A stretch of DNA of 64,000 nt from an uncultured bacterium (GCA_964386635.1 CAYLRO010000004.1:28128-92127); one strand, 5' to 3'. Numbered from the stretch's first letter, positions 19,724 to 29,868 are shown. Notes: generated by a model not told the origin, from the sequence alone. Translations and numbers: made by a program.

Positions 19724-20154
19724 AAAAGCTTTTCAGCATTTTTCTTATTCTGCTTGCATACGGTACCGTGTTCGCTCAGCAGGCAACCCTGGAGGGCGGC
19801 AGGCTGATTCTGGAGGAAATAACCATTCAGGGAGAGCTGAGGACTCCGCAGGCTCTTTTTCTCATGCTGAAGAGCACTCCAAATCTCAGCAATGTTCTCC
19901 TTGAAAGAAGCTTTCTGGAAGATGTGATTCGCCCAATCTATCCAGGTGCTTTTGGTTCCGAAACCAGTTTCACAATTGCAGCCCGGCAGTCAAATGCTCT
20001 GCCGGTCTACATTAGATATGGATCTGTCGCGATACTTGGCGGTCTCAGCGCATGGAAATTCTCCGAGGGGGACGAAAAAGTCGGAACGGTTTTTGCTGTA
20101 ATGGCAGGCCTGGATGTTTTAGGAAATTTACTGTATGACCTTGTAGGTCAATAA
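19720..20154 (+). CDS. Small secreted GltF/CglF-like protein with C-terminal hydrophobic segments
   Basis: Signal peptide; LEEITIQGELRTPQALF...L.NVLLERSFLEDV motif; ATGA overlap with the TPR gene. Confidence 0.55.
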   Translation: MKKLFSIFLILLAYGTVFAQQATLEGGRLILEEITIQGELRTPQALFLMLKSTPNLSNVLLERSFLEDVIRPIYPGAFGSETSFTIAARQSNALPVYIRYGSVAILGGLSAWKFSEGDEKVGTVFAVMAGLDVLGNLLYDLVGQ

Positions 20155-20185
20155 AAGTTCAGAGCTACTAGAGAGGAGCCCCTGA

Positions 20186-21070
20186 ATGCCTAGAAACTTG
20201 TTTCCACTGATTATGCTGTTTGTTCTCTGTCTTGTGCCTGCAGTTTCCTCTGCTCAGACTGAGGAGGTTGATTCCGCAACTCCTGATGCCCTCCTGGATG
20301 ATTCCACAGCTGTTGATTCCACAGCCGTTGATTCCACAGCTGTAGCAGAGGAAGTTACTCCTGAGGAAACTGCTGCTGACACAGAGGCTATGGATGAAGG
20401 TACTGAAGAAGCAGCAGAAGAAGAGATAGAAAGTGGATTTTTCAGCGATCTTGCCACATTCTTCCGTCAGGGCGGACCGGCAATGTGGGCGATTCTTCTC
20501 TTCTTCGGTGTTGGTATCATCATTACCATTGAGCGGTTGATTTTTCTCTTCGGCATTGCTCAGGCTCATCCTGAGAAGCTTATGGCGAAAATAGCCTCTC
20601 TCATCAGAAAAGGCAGTATTGAAGGTGCAATCGCTGCTGTCAGCGAGGAGAAGGCACCACTGGCCAGAATTATCGAGGCAGCCCTGAGGAACTACAAGGG
20701 CACTGAAAGAGATATACAGAACGCTGTGGATGAAATGGCTCTTGCAGAGCTTCCAAGGATCAACGCAAGAATCGGTTTCCTTGCCATGCTGGCAAATGTG
20801 TCTACAATGGTTGGTCTGCTGGGAACCATCTTTGGTCTTATTGCAGCATTCGCAGCTGTTGCTGCAGCGGATCCGGAACAGAAGAGTGTTCTACTTGCAA
20901 ATGGTATATCACAGGCAATGAATACCACTGCATTCGGTCTTATCGCTGCAATTCCACTCCTCATCATACATTCCGTGCTCACTTCGAAATCGGATTCACT
21001 TGTTGATGATGTGGATAGATACAGCGTTATGGTCATGAACATGCTCGCACAGGCCAGAAGGAACGGCTGA
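20186..21070 (+). CDS. MotA/TolQ/ExbB proton-channel family protein (AglR-like) with signal peptide and acidic N-terminal extension
   Basis: GGPAMW, ELPRINARIGFLAMLANVSTMVGLLGTIFGLIAAF, GISQAMNTTAFGLIAAIP. Confidence 0.9.
   Translation: MPRNLFPLIMLFVLCLVPAVSSAQTEEVDSATPDALLDDSTAVDSTAVDSTAVAEEVTPEETAADTEAMDEGTEEAAEEEIESGFFSDLATFFRQGGPAMWAILLFFGVGIIITIERLIFLFGIAQAHPEKLMAKIASLIRKGSIEGAIAAVSEEKAPLARIIEAALRNYKGTERDIQNAVDEMALAELPRINARIGFLAMLANVSTMVGLLGTIFGLIAAFAAVAAADPEQKSVLLANGISQAMNTTAFGLIAAIPLLIIHSVLTSKSDSLVDDVDRYSVMVMNMLAQARRNG
20300..20344 (+). repeat. In-frame 15-bp tandem repeat x3 (GATTCCACAGCYGTW = DSTAV)
   Basis: GATTCCACAGCTGTT GATTCCACAGCCGTT GATTCCACAGCTGTA read directly. Confidence 0.95.
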
Positions 21071-21630
21071 TGGCAAAAGCGGCATCGGGGCGGAGCAGAA
21101 CAGGTAAGCATCTTCCGGAAATAGATCTTCTTCCGGTGATGAATCTCTTCTGCTGCATAATCCCGTTCCTGCTGTTCAGCGCTACATTCCTCGAGGTTGT
21201 TGTTATCGAGATGGCTCAGACTGAAGGTATCAGCAGTTCCGGTGCCGGGGCCACCGCGAACCTGATGCGTTCTGAAGAAGACAGACTGCAGCCCAAGATA
21301 ATCATGACCGAACAGGAGCTGTTCATTGGCACAGTGAGCGGGACAGTGCATGTTTGCTACGCACAGGAAAGAACCATGGGAGACGAAACCCATATTACAT
21401 TCCCGTGGGATTCACTGTCTACAAAGATAACAGAGGTTTACGATCTTCTCGACGAGAGCTATCCGCAGATAGATTTCCATAAGATCACTATTCTTACAGT
21501 TGAGGAGATGAGATACGAGAACATCATTTCTGCAATTGATGTTGCAAGTGAGGCAGGCTTCGATCAGCCTGGTCTGCAGGTTGCACCCAGTGCTTCTGTG
21601 AACTCCGCAATGGGTGGAGGTGGCAGCTGA
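21070..21630 (+). CDS. ExbD/TolR family protein (AglQ/AglS-like) with Asn in place of the TM Asp
   Basis: Single TM IDLLPVMNLFCCIIPFLL; C-terminal YENIISAIDVASEAGF; TGATG overlap. Confidence 0.85.
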   Translation: MAKAASGRSRTGKHLPEIDLLPVMNLFCCIIPFLLFSATFLEVVVIEMAQTEGISSSGAGATANLMRSEEDRLQPKIIMTEQELFIGTVSGTVHVCYAQERTMGDETHITFPWDSLSTKITEVYDLLDESYPQIDFHKITILTVEEMRYENIISAIDVASEAGFDQPGLQVAPSASVNSAMGGGGS

Positions 21631-22172
21631 TGAGTGCTCCATCCAAAAGACGTGTACCTCTTCTTCTGGGTTTCGGTAAATCCGTAGCCATTGCACGGGG
21701 TGGAGATAAGAAAGTAACACTGAACCTTACCTCAATGATTGATATGTTCACCATACTTCTGGTATTTCTTCTTAAAAGCTATTCTGCTGACGGACAGATA
21801 GTTACAGTCAGCGACCAGCTTATTCTACCCAAGGCTCGCATGGAGCAGAGAGTAGAACTGAAACTGGAAATTCAGGTGAACAATTCTGTAATTGTTGTTG
21901 ACGGAGACCCTATTGTTTCTGTCACACCGGACCTTCTCTCTTCCGGCAATTCCATACCTGAGCTTGTGGTGAGGCTCAGAGACCATATGGAATATTCAAG
22001 GCTCACCAGAGGTACACTTACTGAAGACGACATGAAGATCAACATCCAGGGTGATGTAGGGATTCCGGCGATTCTTCTTCAGAGAGTGATGGCGAGTTGT
22101 TCAGAAGCCGGATACACCTCACAGAACCTGGCTGTTATCAAGAGTGAAACAGTGGAAGGTGGTGAGGTCTGA
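21630..22172 (+). CDS. ExbD/TolR family protein (AglQ/AglS-like) retaining the TM Asp
   Basis: LNLTSMIDMFTILLVFLLKSYS; INIQGDVGIP..LLQRVMASCSEAGY; TGATG overlap. Confidence 0.88.
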   Translation: MSAPSKRRVPLLLGFGKSVAIARGGDKKVTLNLTSMIDMFTILLVFLLKSYSADGQIVTVSDQLILPKARMEQRVELKLEIQVNNSVIVVDGDPIVSVTPDLLSSGNSIPELVVRLRDHMEYSRLTRGTLTEDDMKINIQGDVGIPAILLQRVMASCSEAGYTSQNLAVIKSETVEGGEV

Positions 22173-24025
22173 TGGGAGCTGAGGTAAGAAAAGTACTTGC
22201 TGTTGCAGCCATGCGTGACGGCAAGGTTGTAACCAAGCTTCTCCCTGGAGGCAAGGACATCACTCTGGGCTCCGGCTATAACAACACCATTGCTGTTGAG
22301 GGTCCGGGGATACCGGAGAGTCTGGTGTTCCTCAGGGGAGTTGAAGACGGAGAGTCCTGGGAGCTGAAGCTATCGGATTCCATGGATGCGCAGATAACCT
22401 CTGCCAACGGATCGAAACTGAAGTTCAGCGACCTTAAGGGGCTTGGTATTTTCAATACCGACTCTGATGGTCACTATGCTCTGAAGGTGAACTACGGCGA
22501 CCAGGGAATGGTGAATGCCGGACCTTACACAATTCACTTCGGATTCATAGACCCTCCCAAAGTGCAGGTTAAGAAACCGGAACCGAAGAAGAAAGCTGAA
22601 CCTGCCGGTAAAAAGGAAGAAGTTCCCTTTGTAGCCGACAAAAGGATGCTGAAACTTGTTATTGAGGAACCGGGCAACAGAAGAGAAATCTATCCCAACG
22701 CCGGCATCATGACAATCGGAAAAGCCGATTACAATACAGTATCAGTTGAAGATGAAACTCTGCCCAGGATACATACTCTTCTTGAACCGGAGCAGGGAAA
22801 CAAGTACATACTCAGACTGCTTCCTGAGATAAAAGGCGGAGTTGAGGTCAAAGGCAGCGTCATACCTTTTGCCACTCTTATTGAAAGACATCTCCTGAAG
22901 CAGGAGAAACCTGGAGAACCGTACATCTGGGTATTTGACAGAAATGTATCCGGTGTGTTCACGATCGGTAGTACAGAGGTGTTTTTCGGTTTTGCAGAAC
23001 CGCCTCCAGAACTGCTTAAACCGAAACCGAAGCCGAAACCCCTCATCCCTGTAGAGAAACCGAAACCAGCTTTCTACAACTGGAAAAGCTTTGCATGCAG
23101 ACCGCATGAAAAAGTTGCGTATCACATCAGCAAGAACGAGAACGACAGATTCAAGATCATACTGGGTATCGGACTTGCAGCCGCTCTTCTCATGGGAGCG
23201 GTAACAGACAGATTGATCACTGTAGTTAAGGAATCAAAATCCCAGATTCTGAGAAATGCTCCAAGTGCCAGAGTTGCTCAGCTTTCTGAAACCCCTCCGG
23301 TTGCAACTGGAATGGGTGAGGAGATCATAGGAGACATGCCTGTTGCCCAGATTGAGGGCACCGGTGTTGGTGGAGGAGAAGGACCTGCAGGTGGAGGTGC
23401 CGCTGAAGGTGCAGATGCCGCAGGAGATGTTCTCAGCAGTATTGGATTTGCCGCATACGGTACAGGTGCAGCCGGTGGCGGTGCAGGCTTTATCGGTGAT
23501 CTTCAAAGTGCAGCCTCATCTGGAACCGGACTGGCTTCAGGCCAGACAGGTGATGCTATCATTGCAGGGGCAGGCGGTGGCGGTTCCGGTGGTCTCTCCG
23601 GTCTTGCAGGTGGTGGAGGCGGCGTAGCCGCATCAGCTGAAACTGTGAGTTCCAGCGACATGCAGGCTGCTCACCAGGCTGCTCAGGTTTCATTCAGCGC
23701 AAGTGCTTCAGGTGAGGCAATTGACCTGGGTTACAGGAACATGAGCGATATAAGACGAAGGATCAATGTGATAAAGATGAGGGTGCAGACCGCTTATGAA
23801 AGTCTTCTCAGGTCCAACCCCGGTGCTTCAGGCACAATCACAATCAACTTTTCAATAACACCAGGCGGATCGGTGACAGGAGTATCCGTCAGTTGTCCCG
23901 GAGCACTCTCAAGTCTCCAGGGAACAGTAACATCTGCAGTTTCATCGCTGAACTTCGGCCCGGCACCGGAACAGACCGGCAACCTGCCTGTTACAGTTCC
24001 GTTCAGTCTGGTACCGCCTCAGTAG
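22172..24025 (+). CDS. GltG/PglI-like TonB analogue: two degenerate FHA-like cytoplasmic domains, TM, Gly-rich linker, AgmX/PglI C-terminal domain
   Basis: Duplicated domain (ITLGSGYNNT...FGFIDPP / MTIGKADYNT...FGFAEPP); Pro/Lys linkers; TM IILGIGLAAALLMGAV; C-terminal IKMRVQTAYESLLRSNPGASGTITINFSITPGGSV...FGP...VTVPFSL; TGATG overlap. Confidence 0.78.
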   Translation: MGAEVRKVLAVAAMRDGKVVTKLLPGGKDITLGSGYNNTIAVEGPGIPESLVFLRGVEDGESWELKLSDSMDAQITSANGSKLKFSDLKGLGIFNTDSDGHYALKVNYGDQGMVNAGPYTIHFGFIDPPKVQVKKPEPKKKAEPAGKKEEVPFVADKRMLKLVIEEPGNRREIYPNAGIMTIGKADYNTVSVEDETLPRIHTLLEPEQGNKYILRLLPEIKGGVEVKGSVIPFATLIERHLLKQEKPGEPYIWVFDRNVSGVFTIGSTEVFFGFAEPPPELLKPKPKPKPLIPVEKPKPAFYNWKSFACRPHEKVAYHISKNENDRFKIILGIGLAAALLMGAVTDRLITVVKESKSQILRNAPSARVAQLSETPPVATGMGEEIIGDMPVAQIEGTGVGGGEGPAGGGAAEGADAAGDVLSSIGFAAYGTGAAGGGAGFIGDLQSAASSGTGLASGQTGDAIIAGAGGGGSGGLSGLAGGGGGVAASAETVSSSDMQAAHQAAQVSFSASASGEAIDLGYRNMSDIRRRINVIKMRVQTAYESLLRSNPGASGTITINFSITPGGSVTGVSVSCPGALSSLQGTVTSAVSSLNFGPAPEQTGNLPVTVPFSLVPPQ

Positions 24026-24043
24026 GGTAAAGCAAAAGGATTG

Positions 24044-24072
24044 ACGGGCCGCAGCAGAGCTGCGGCCCGTTT
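24044..24072 (+). terminator. GC-rich hairpin, probable terminator of the motor operon
   Basis: ACGGGCCGCAGC-AGA-GCTGCGGCCCGT perfect 12-bp stem 18 nt after the stop; short U tract. Confidence 0.65.
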
Positions 24073-24090
24073 CGCAGGTGCAGAGACCTT

Positions 24091-24119
24091 TTGACCTGTA
24101 ATGGTACCGGGGTTATTGT
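24091..24119 (+). promoter_or_regulatory. sigma70-type promoter for the DUF6144-padR pair
   Basis: TTGACC-N17-TATTGT. Confidence 0.6.
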
Positions 24120-24198
24120 TTCCCACGAAGAAGTATCAGATTCTACTGAGTGTCACCATTCATTCAGCTGATTTCAGTTTTCATGAAAGGAGATCAGG

Positions 24199-24882
24199 GT
24201 GGACAGTAACTGGGAAGAAAAACTTTTCTGCAGCCTTGATAAGGTTGCAGGAGAGGAAATCCGTGAAACGGTACTCTCTGGCATGAAGCGATATGAAACT
24301 GCTGAAACTGGAGAGGAGGGTTCCTGGGTACGGGAGTTACTCACTAGAATGAAAAGGCACCTGACTTCTGAGCAAACCGTGGAAGTTTTTTACAACTGTG
24401 CATGCAGATACCCTGCAGCAAAGCTTCTTAAAGCAAAAGCAGCTTACCGGAAAAATGGATGTGTGGATGACGCTGTCAGTGAACTCAGATCGCAGCTTGA
24501 GAATACACTTCGAGACGGCATGCTCTTTGAACCGGAAATTGTGGACTGGCTTCTGGACCGGGGATGGGGCGTAGCGGGAAAAAGGGATGGCGGGAAAATT
24601 CTTGTTACAAAGATCCCTAAAAGCGGGAATCTGAGAAAATACATGAGCGCAAACGACCAGGAAAGGCAGAGAGAGCTGTACTGCCATTGTTCACAAGTCA
24701 GTGGAGCAGTTGCTGCCAGTGTTCCGATTCCGGTGGAGTACTGCCATTGCGGGGCGGGATTCTACCGATGGATATGGGAAACTATCCTGGAAAAACCTGT
24801 CAGTGTGGAAATCCTCGAAACAGTGTGTTCAGGCGGCAACAAATGCTCATTCGCAATTGTTCTGCCGGAGCCTGTTGAATGA
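24199..24882 (+). CDS. DUF6144-like Cys-rich protein (V4R-like fold)
   Basis: LYCHC...EYCHCGAGFY..IWETILEKPVSVEILETV..GGNKCSF. Confidence 0.65.
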   Translation: MDSNWEEKLFCSLDKVAGEEIRETVLSGMKRYETAETGEEGSWVRELLTRMKRHLTSEQTVEVFYNCACRYPAAKLLKAKAAYRKNGCVDDAVSELRSQLENTLRDGMLFEPEIVDWLLDRGWGVAGKRDGGKILVTKIPKSGNLRKYMSANDQERQRELYCHCSQVSGAVAASVPIPVEYCHCGAGFYRWIWETILEKPVSVEILETVCSGGNKCSFAIVLPEPVE

Positions 24883-25445
24883 CAGAGGTCAATCCGGTAC
24901 CTGAACTCAGGGTGTCAGCTCTTGCTCTTATGGCAATTATCAGTGAGAGACCCATGACCGGCTATGAGCTTAAAAAGCTGATTGATTCAAGTGAAATGAT
25001 TTTCTGGCGGGACTCTTTCGGAAGTATCTACCCGAATCTGAGTCATCTTACCAGACTAGGTCTTACCACCAAAACACCATCCCGGAAAGCCGGTCGTAAG
25101 CGGATCACTTATGAGCTTACACCCAGTGGGCGACAGCATGTTGAAGACTGGCTTAAACTTCCTGCAGAACAACGGCCGGTGAAGATCGAACTGCTTTTGA
25201 AGCTCCGTTTCGGATATCCACTGGGGAAAGATGCCCTTGAGAAGTTGCTGAAGGCACATCTTGATCATCATAAGGGACTGTTGCCTGAACTATTTGAAGG
25301 ACTGGAGCATATCGACGGACTTGAACCGTCTCTTCAACTGGAAACCAGAAGAATGACGCTGGATTTCTGGTACCGCTACACAAGAATGATGATCGAATGG
25401 AGCATGTCCTGCCTTGAGAGGCTGGATGGCCAGCCTCTCAGATAA
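24879..25445 (+). CDS. PadR family transcriptional regulator (long, with C-terminal helical domain)
   Basis: PMTGYELKK, FW..SFGSIYPNL, RITYELTPSGRQ..EDWL, ELLLKLRF. Confidence 0.9.
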   Translation: MTEVNPVPELRVSALALMAIISERPMTGYELKKLIDSSEMIFWRDSFGSIYPNLSHLTRLGLTTKTPSRKAGRKRITYELTPSGRQHVEDWLKLPAEQRPVKIELLLKLRFGYPLGKDALEKLLKAHLDHHKGLLPELFEGLEHIDGLEPSLQLETRRMTLDFWYRYTRMMIEWSMSCLERLDGQPLR

Positions 25446-25520
25446 TCAGGTAAATCCATCTATACAATTCTTTCACAGCCGTTGAAGTTCGTGATGAAAT
25501 CACGGCATTACTCATAATGA

Positions 25521-25549
25521 TTGACGAATGTATCATTTCGATATATAGT
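25521..25549 (+). promoter_or_regulatory. sigma70-type promoter
   Basis: TTGACG-N17-TATAGT upstream of the ATG at 25576. Confidence 0.7.
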
Positions 25550-25575
25550 ACGTGAGCCCTGATGAAAGGAGCGTT

Positions 25576-27534
25576 ATGAAAAAGTGCAGTGTTCTTTTCT
25601 GCGGACTTCTTCTTTTTGCTTCCCGGGCAACAGCAGAAGACCAGCATATCCTTCTTCTTGTCCCGCATCGCTATGGTGCTAATTACAATTTCAACATTGA
25701 TCATTTTCAGCAAATGGGATTCATAACAACCACTGCAGGGATCAACGGAACTGTAACTCCCTGTAACTCAGGTATTCCAGTACTGACTGCTGATACCCTG
25801 ATAAGCGGGATACAGGACATCGAAATGTTCCAAGCGGTGGCTGTAATGCCATCCAGGTGGGTGAATGTACCGGAGCCTTACAACGATCTGATAACAAGCC
25901 CTGAAGCTCTGTCCATCATATCTGAAGCCTGTTCCAGCTCAATTCCTGTTTGGGCAACCTGCGCCGGTCCACTGGTACTGGCAGCTGCAGATGTTCTGTC
26001 AGGGGTAACGATACAGGGCCGTGCCGGACCTGACAGCAGCTTCATGGATATCTATGAGGCTGCTGGAGCTAACTACATAGGATGGGGTCTGCTGCCTGTG
26101 ATTCACCAGAACATTATCACAACAAGCAGGGGTCAGTATTACCAGAGAGAGAATTGTCAGGCGGTAATCTCTGCCTCAGCTGCAGCCGGAACAGTATGCG
26201 TATCAGAAAACCGTACTGGAGACTATTCCCAGGGAGCTCGCGACATAACTTTGACTTCAGACAACTCCTTCATCCTTACCGGTTATGATTTCAGTAATTC
26301 AGGATGCAGGAGCGATCTGCTTCTTCAAAAAGCGGACTCACAGGGGAATACAATCTGGTCAGAATCCTTCGGATCAGCGGGATTCGAATATGGGAACTCA
26401 GTAATTGAGGCTTCAAATGGAGATTACATTGCCTGTGGTTACACAACATCAGCCGGCAATGAAGATTTCTACCTTCTAAGAACAGACACTGATGGCAACA
26501 CTGTCTTTGAAACAGCATTTGGCGGTGACAGTCTTGATATCGCCACGTCGGTTGCTGAAACATCCGACGGCAGAATTCTGATTTGCGGATACACAACGGA
26601 GAATACTGCAGGAGAAAGCGATGTTCTTGTGATAATGTCCGACGGTTCAGGCAGCCATCTCTGGGAGAAGCGATATGGCGGATCAGGGCCTGAAACCGCA
26701 GATCAGATACAGATCACATCAGGTGGAAATATTCTGATAACCGGTTCTACAGGATCATTCACAGATAACAGTGATGCATATTCAATATTGACAGATATTG
26801 ACGGCAACATTATCTGGGAGCAGTACTACGGAGCTCAGGGAGGCGATGGGGGTTATGATCGTGCTAATGCAGCTGTGGAGACCACAGGAGGTAACATAGC
26901 CATAGCAGGTGACTCGAATGATCCTGACAACTGCGGCATGTACTTCATACTTACAGACGGAAATGGTGAGAAAATCACTGAAACGTTCCATGGCAATATA
27001 TTCTACGATTATGCAAACGATATCATTGAGACACCGGATGGTGGATTTATCCTGGCTGGAGCAACAAAGGACAGGTACTCCTGTGACAATAATCTCTTTG
27101 TGGTGAAGCTGAATGAAAACGGGGAAGAGGTATGGACAGAGGAGTTCGGGGGGGAGTTCACAGATGAGTGGGGCACTGCGATAACTCCAACAGCAACAGG
27201 TAGTTACATGGTTACAGGCCAGAGAGAGACAGAAGACGGGGATTATGATGTCTACCTGGTGGAGATTGAGGATTCTTCCCAGGGGGTATCCCCGGTGGAA
27301 CAAAGCCTGTTGCATGTTTATCCCAACCCTGCAGCTGAAACCGTAAATCTTATTAATGTTTCCCCTGGAACATCCTACAGCATTTATGACACTGCCGGCC
27401 GTATGGTTTCCAACGGGACGATGAATGACGTGTCAACCGGGATCGATCTGAAAGATCTTTCAATGGGAGTCTACACACTTGCTGCTTTTGCAGAAGGAAA
27501 CCCCGCAACGGTAAGGTTCACTGTTCTCAGATGA
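25576..27534 (+). CDS. Secreted DJ-1/PfpI-domain + beta-propeller repeat protein with T9SS-type CTD
   Basis: Signal MKKCSVLFCGLLLFASRATA; ATCAGPLVLAAADVLSG and IITTSRG (DJ-1); repeated (W/F)xxxxGGxxx(D/E)...D.GN..W blades; VYPNP...IYDTAGR...GVY...FTVLR. Confidence 0.78.
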   Translation: MKKCSVLFCGLLLFASRATAEDQHILLLVPHRYGANYNFNIDHFQQMGFITTTAGINGTVTPCNSGIPVLTADTLISGIQDIEMFQAVAVMPSRWVNVPEPYNDLITSPEALSIISEACSSSIPVWATCAGPLVLAAADVLSGVTIQGRAGPDSSFMDIYEAAGANYIGWGLLPVIHQNIITTSRGQYYQRENCQAVISASAAAGTVCVSENRTGDYSQGARDITLTSDNSFILTGYDFSNSGCRSDLLLQKADSQGNTIWSESFGSAGFEYGNSVIEASNGDYIACGYTTSAGNEDFYLLRTDTDGNTVFETAFGGDSLDIATSVAETSDGRILICGYTTENTAGESDVLVIMSDGSGSHLWEKRYGGSGPETADQIQITSGGNILITGSTGSFTDNSDAYSILTDIDGNIIWEQYYGAQGGDGGYDRANAAVETTGGNIAIAGDSNDPDNCGMYFILTDGNGEKITETFHGNIFYDYANDIIETPDGGFILAGATKDRYSCDNNLFVVKLNENGEEVWTEEFGGEFTDEWGTAITPTATGSYMVTGQRETEDGDYDVYLVEIEDSSQGVSPVEQSLLHVYPNPAAETVNLINVSPGTSYSIYDTAGRMVSNGTMNDVSTGIDLKDLSMGVYTLAAFAEGNPATVRFTVLR

Positions 27535-27554
27535 GAAAGAAAGCTTGAGTGGAT

Positions 27555-27590
27555 GAGGGCCGCGGCAGTTGCCGCGGCCCTCTGTGTTTT
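27555..27590. terminator. Bidirectional intrinsic terminator
   Basis: GAGGGCCGCGGC-AGTT-GCCGCGGCCCTC then TGTGTTTT, between convergent genes. Confidence 0.75.
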
Positions 27591-27610
27591 CCGTTCTGTG
27601 AGATGTACTT

Positions 27611-29556
<1,946 letters not shown>

Positions 29557-29868
29557 GTTATGATCTCCTTTCAAGAGGAATATTTTTCAAGGCAAAATTC
29601 TTTCCATTTCTGTGTCATTATTCGACATGATTTGTACAAGCAAGGAATATGCCAGTAAAATACCGATGCTTCACTCCCTGTGTAACATCTTGAATTGCAA
29701 CCAGAAGAATCGAGAGTGCAGCATGTCTGTCCCGGCTGGTATGGAATCGTTGACAGCCAGTGGGTCAGTTTGACGCATAGAGAATGCCTTGTCCTTTACT
29801 CCTTTTATATATTCCGGTCTCACAGCAATTCCAGCCGTTGGCGGTTGTATAGATAAACGGAGGTTACC

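Noticed and set aside
20300-20344. Short direct repeats as a CRISPR or VNTR array (also 62892-62927)
   Set aside because: They are spacer-less, in-frame coding repeats, and there are no cas genes in the window.
20186-24025. Ordinary TonB-ExbBD or Tol-Pal locus
   Set aside because: There are two distinct TolR-like genes, an FHA-like/AgmX-PglI architecture and giant TPR partners, with no tolB, pal or TonB-dependent receptor. Not favoured, though only phylogeny can exclude it.
24072-24198. Possible riboswitch or sRNA after the motor-operon hairpin
   Set aside because: No recognisable aptamer core; the region is explained by a TTGACC-N17-TATTGT promoter and a 5' UTR.
29690-29725. CIRCE/HrcA operator upstream of groES
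   Set aside because: Only a right half-site-like GAGTGCAGC (29714-29722) is present; the position 9 nt upstream reads TGCAACCAG, not TTAGCACTC.
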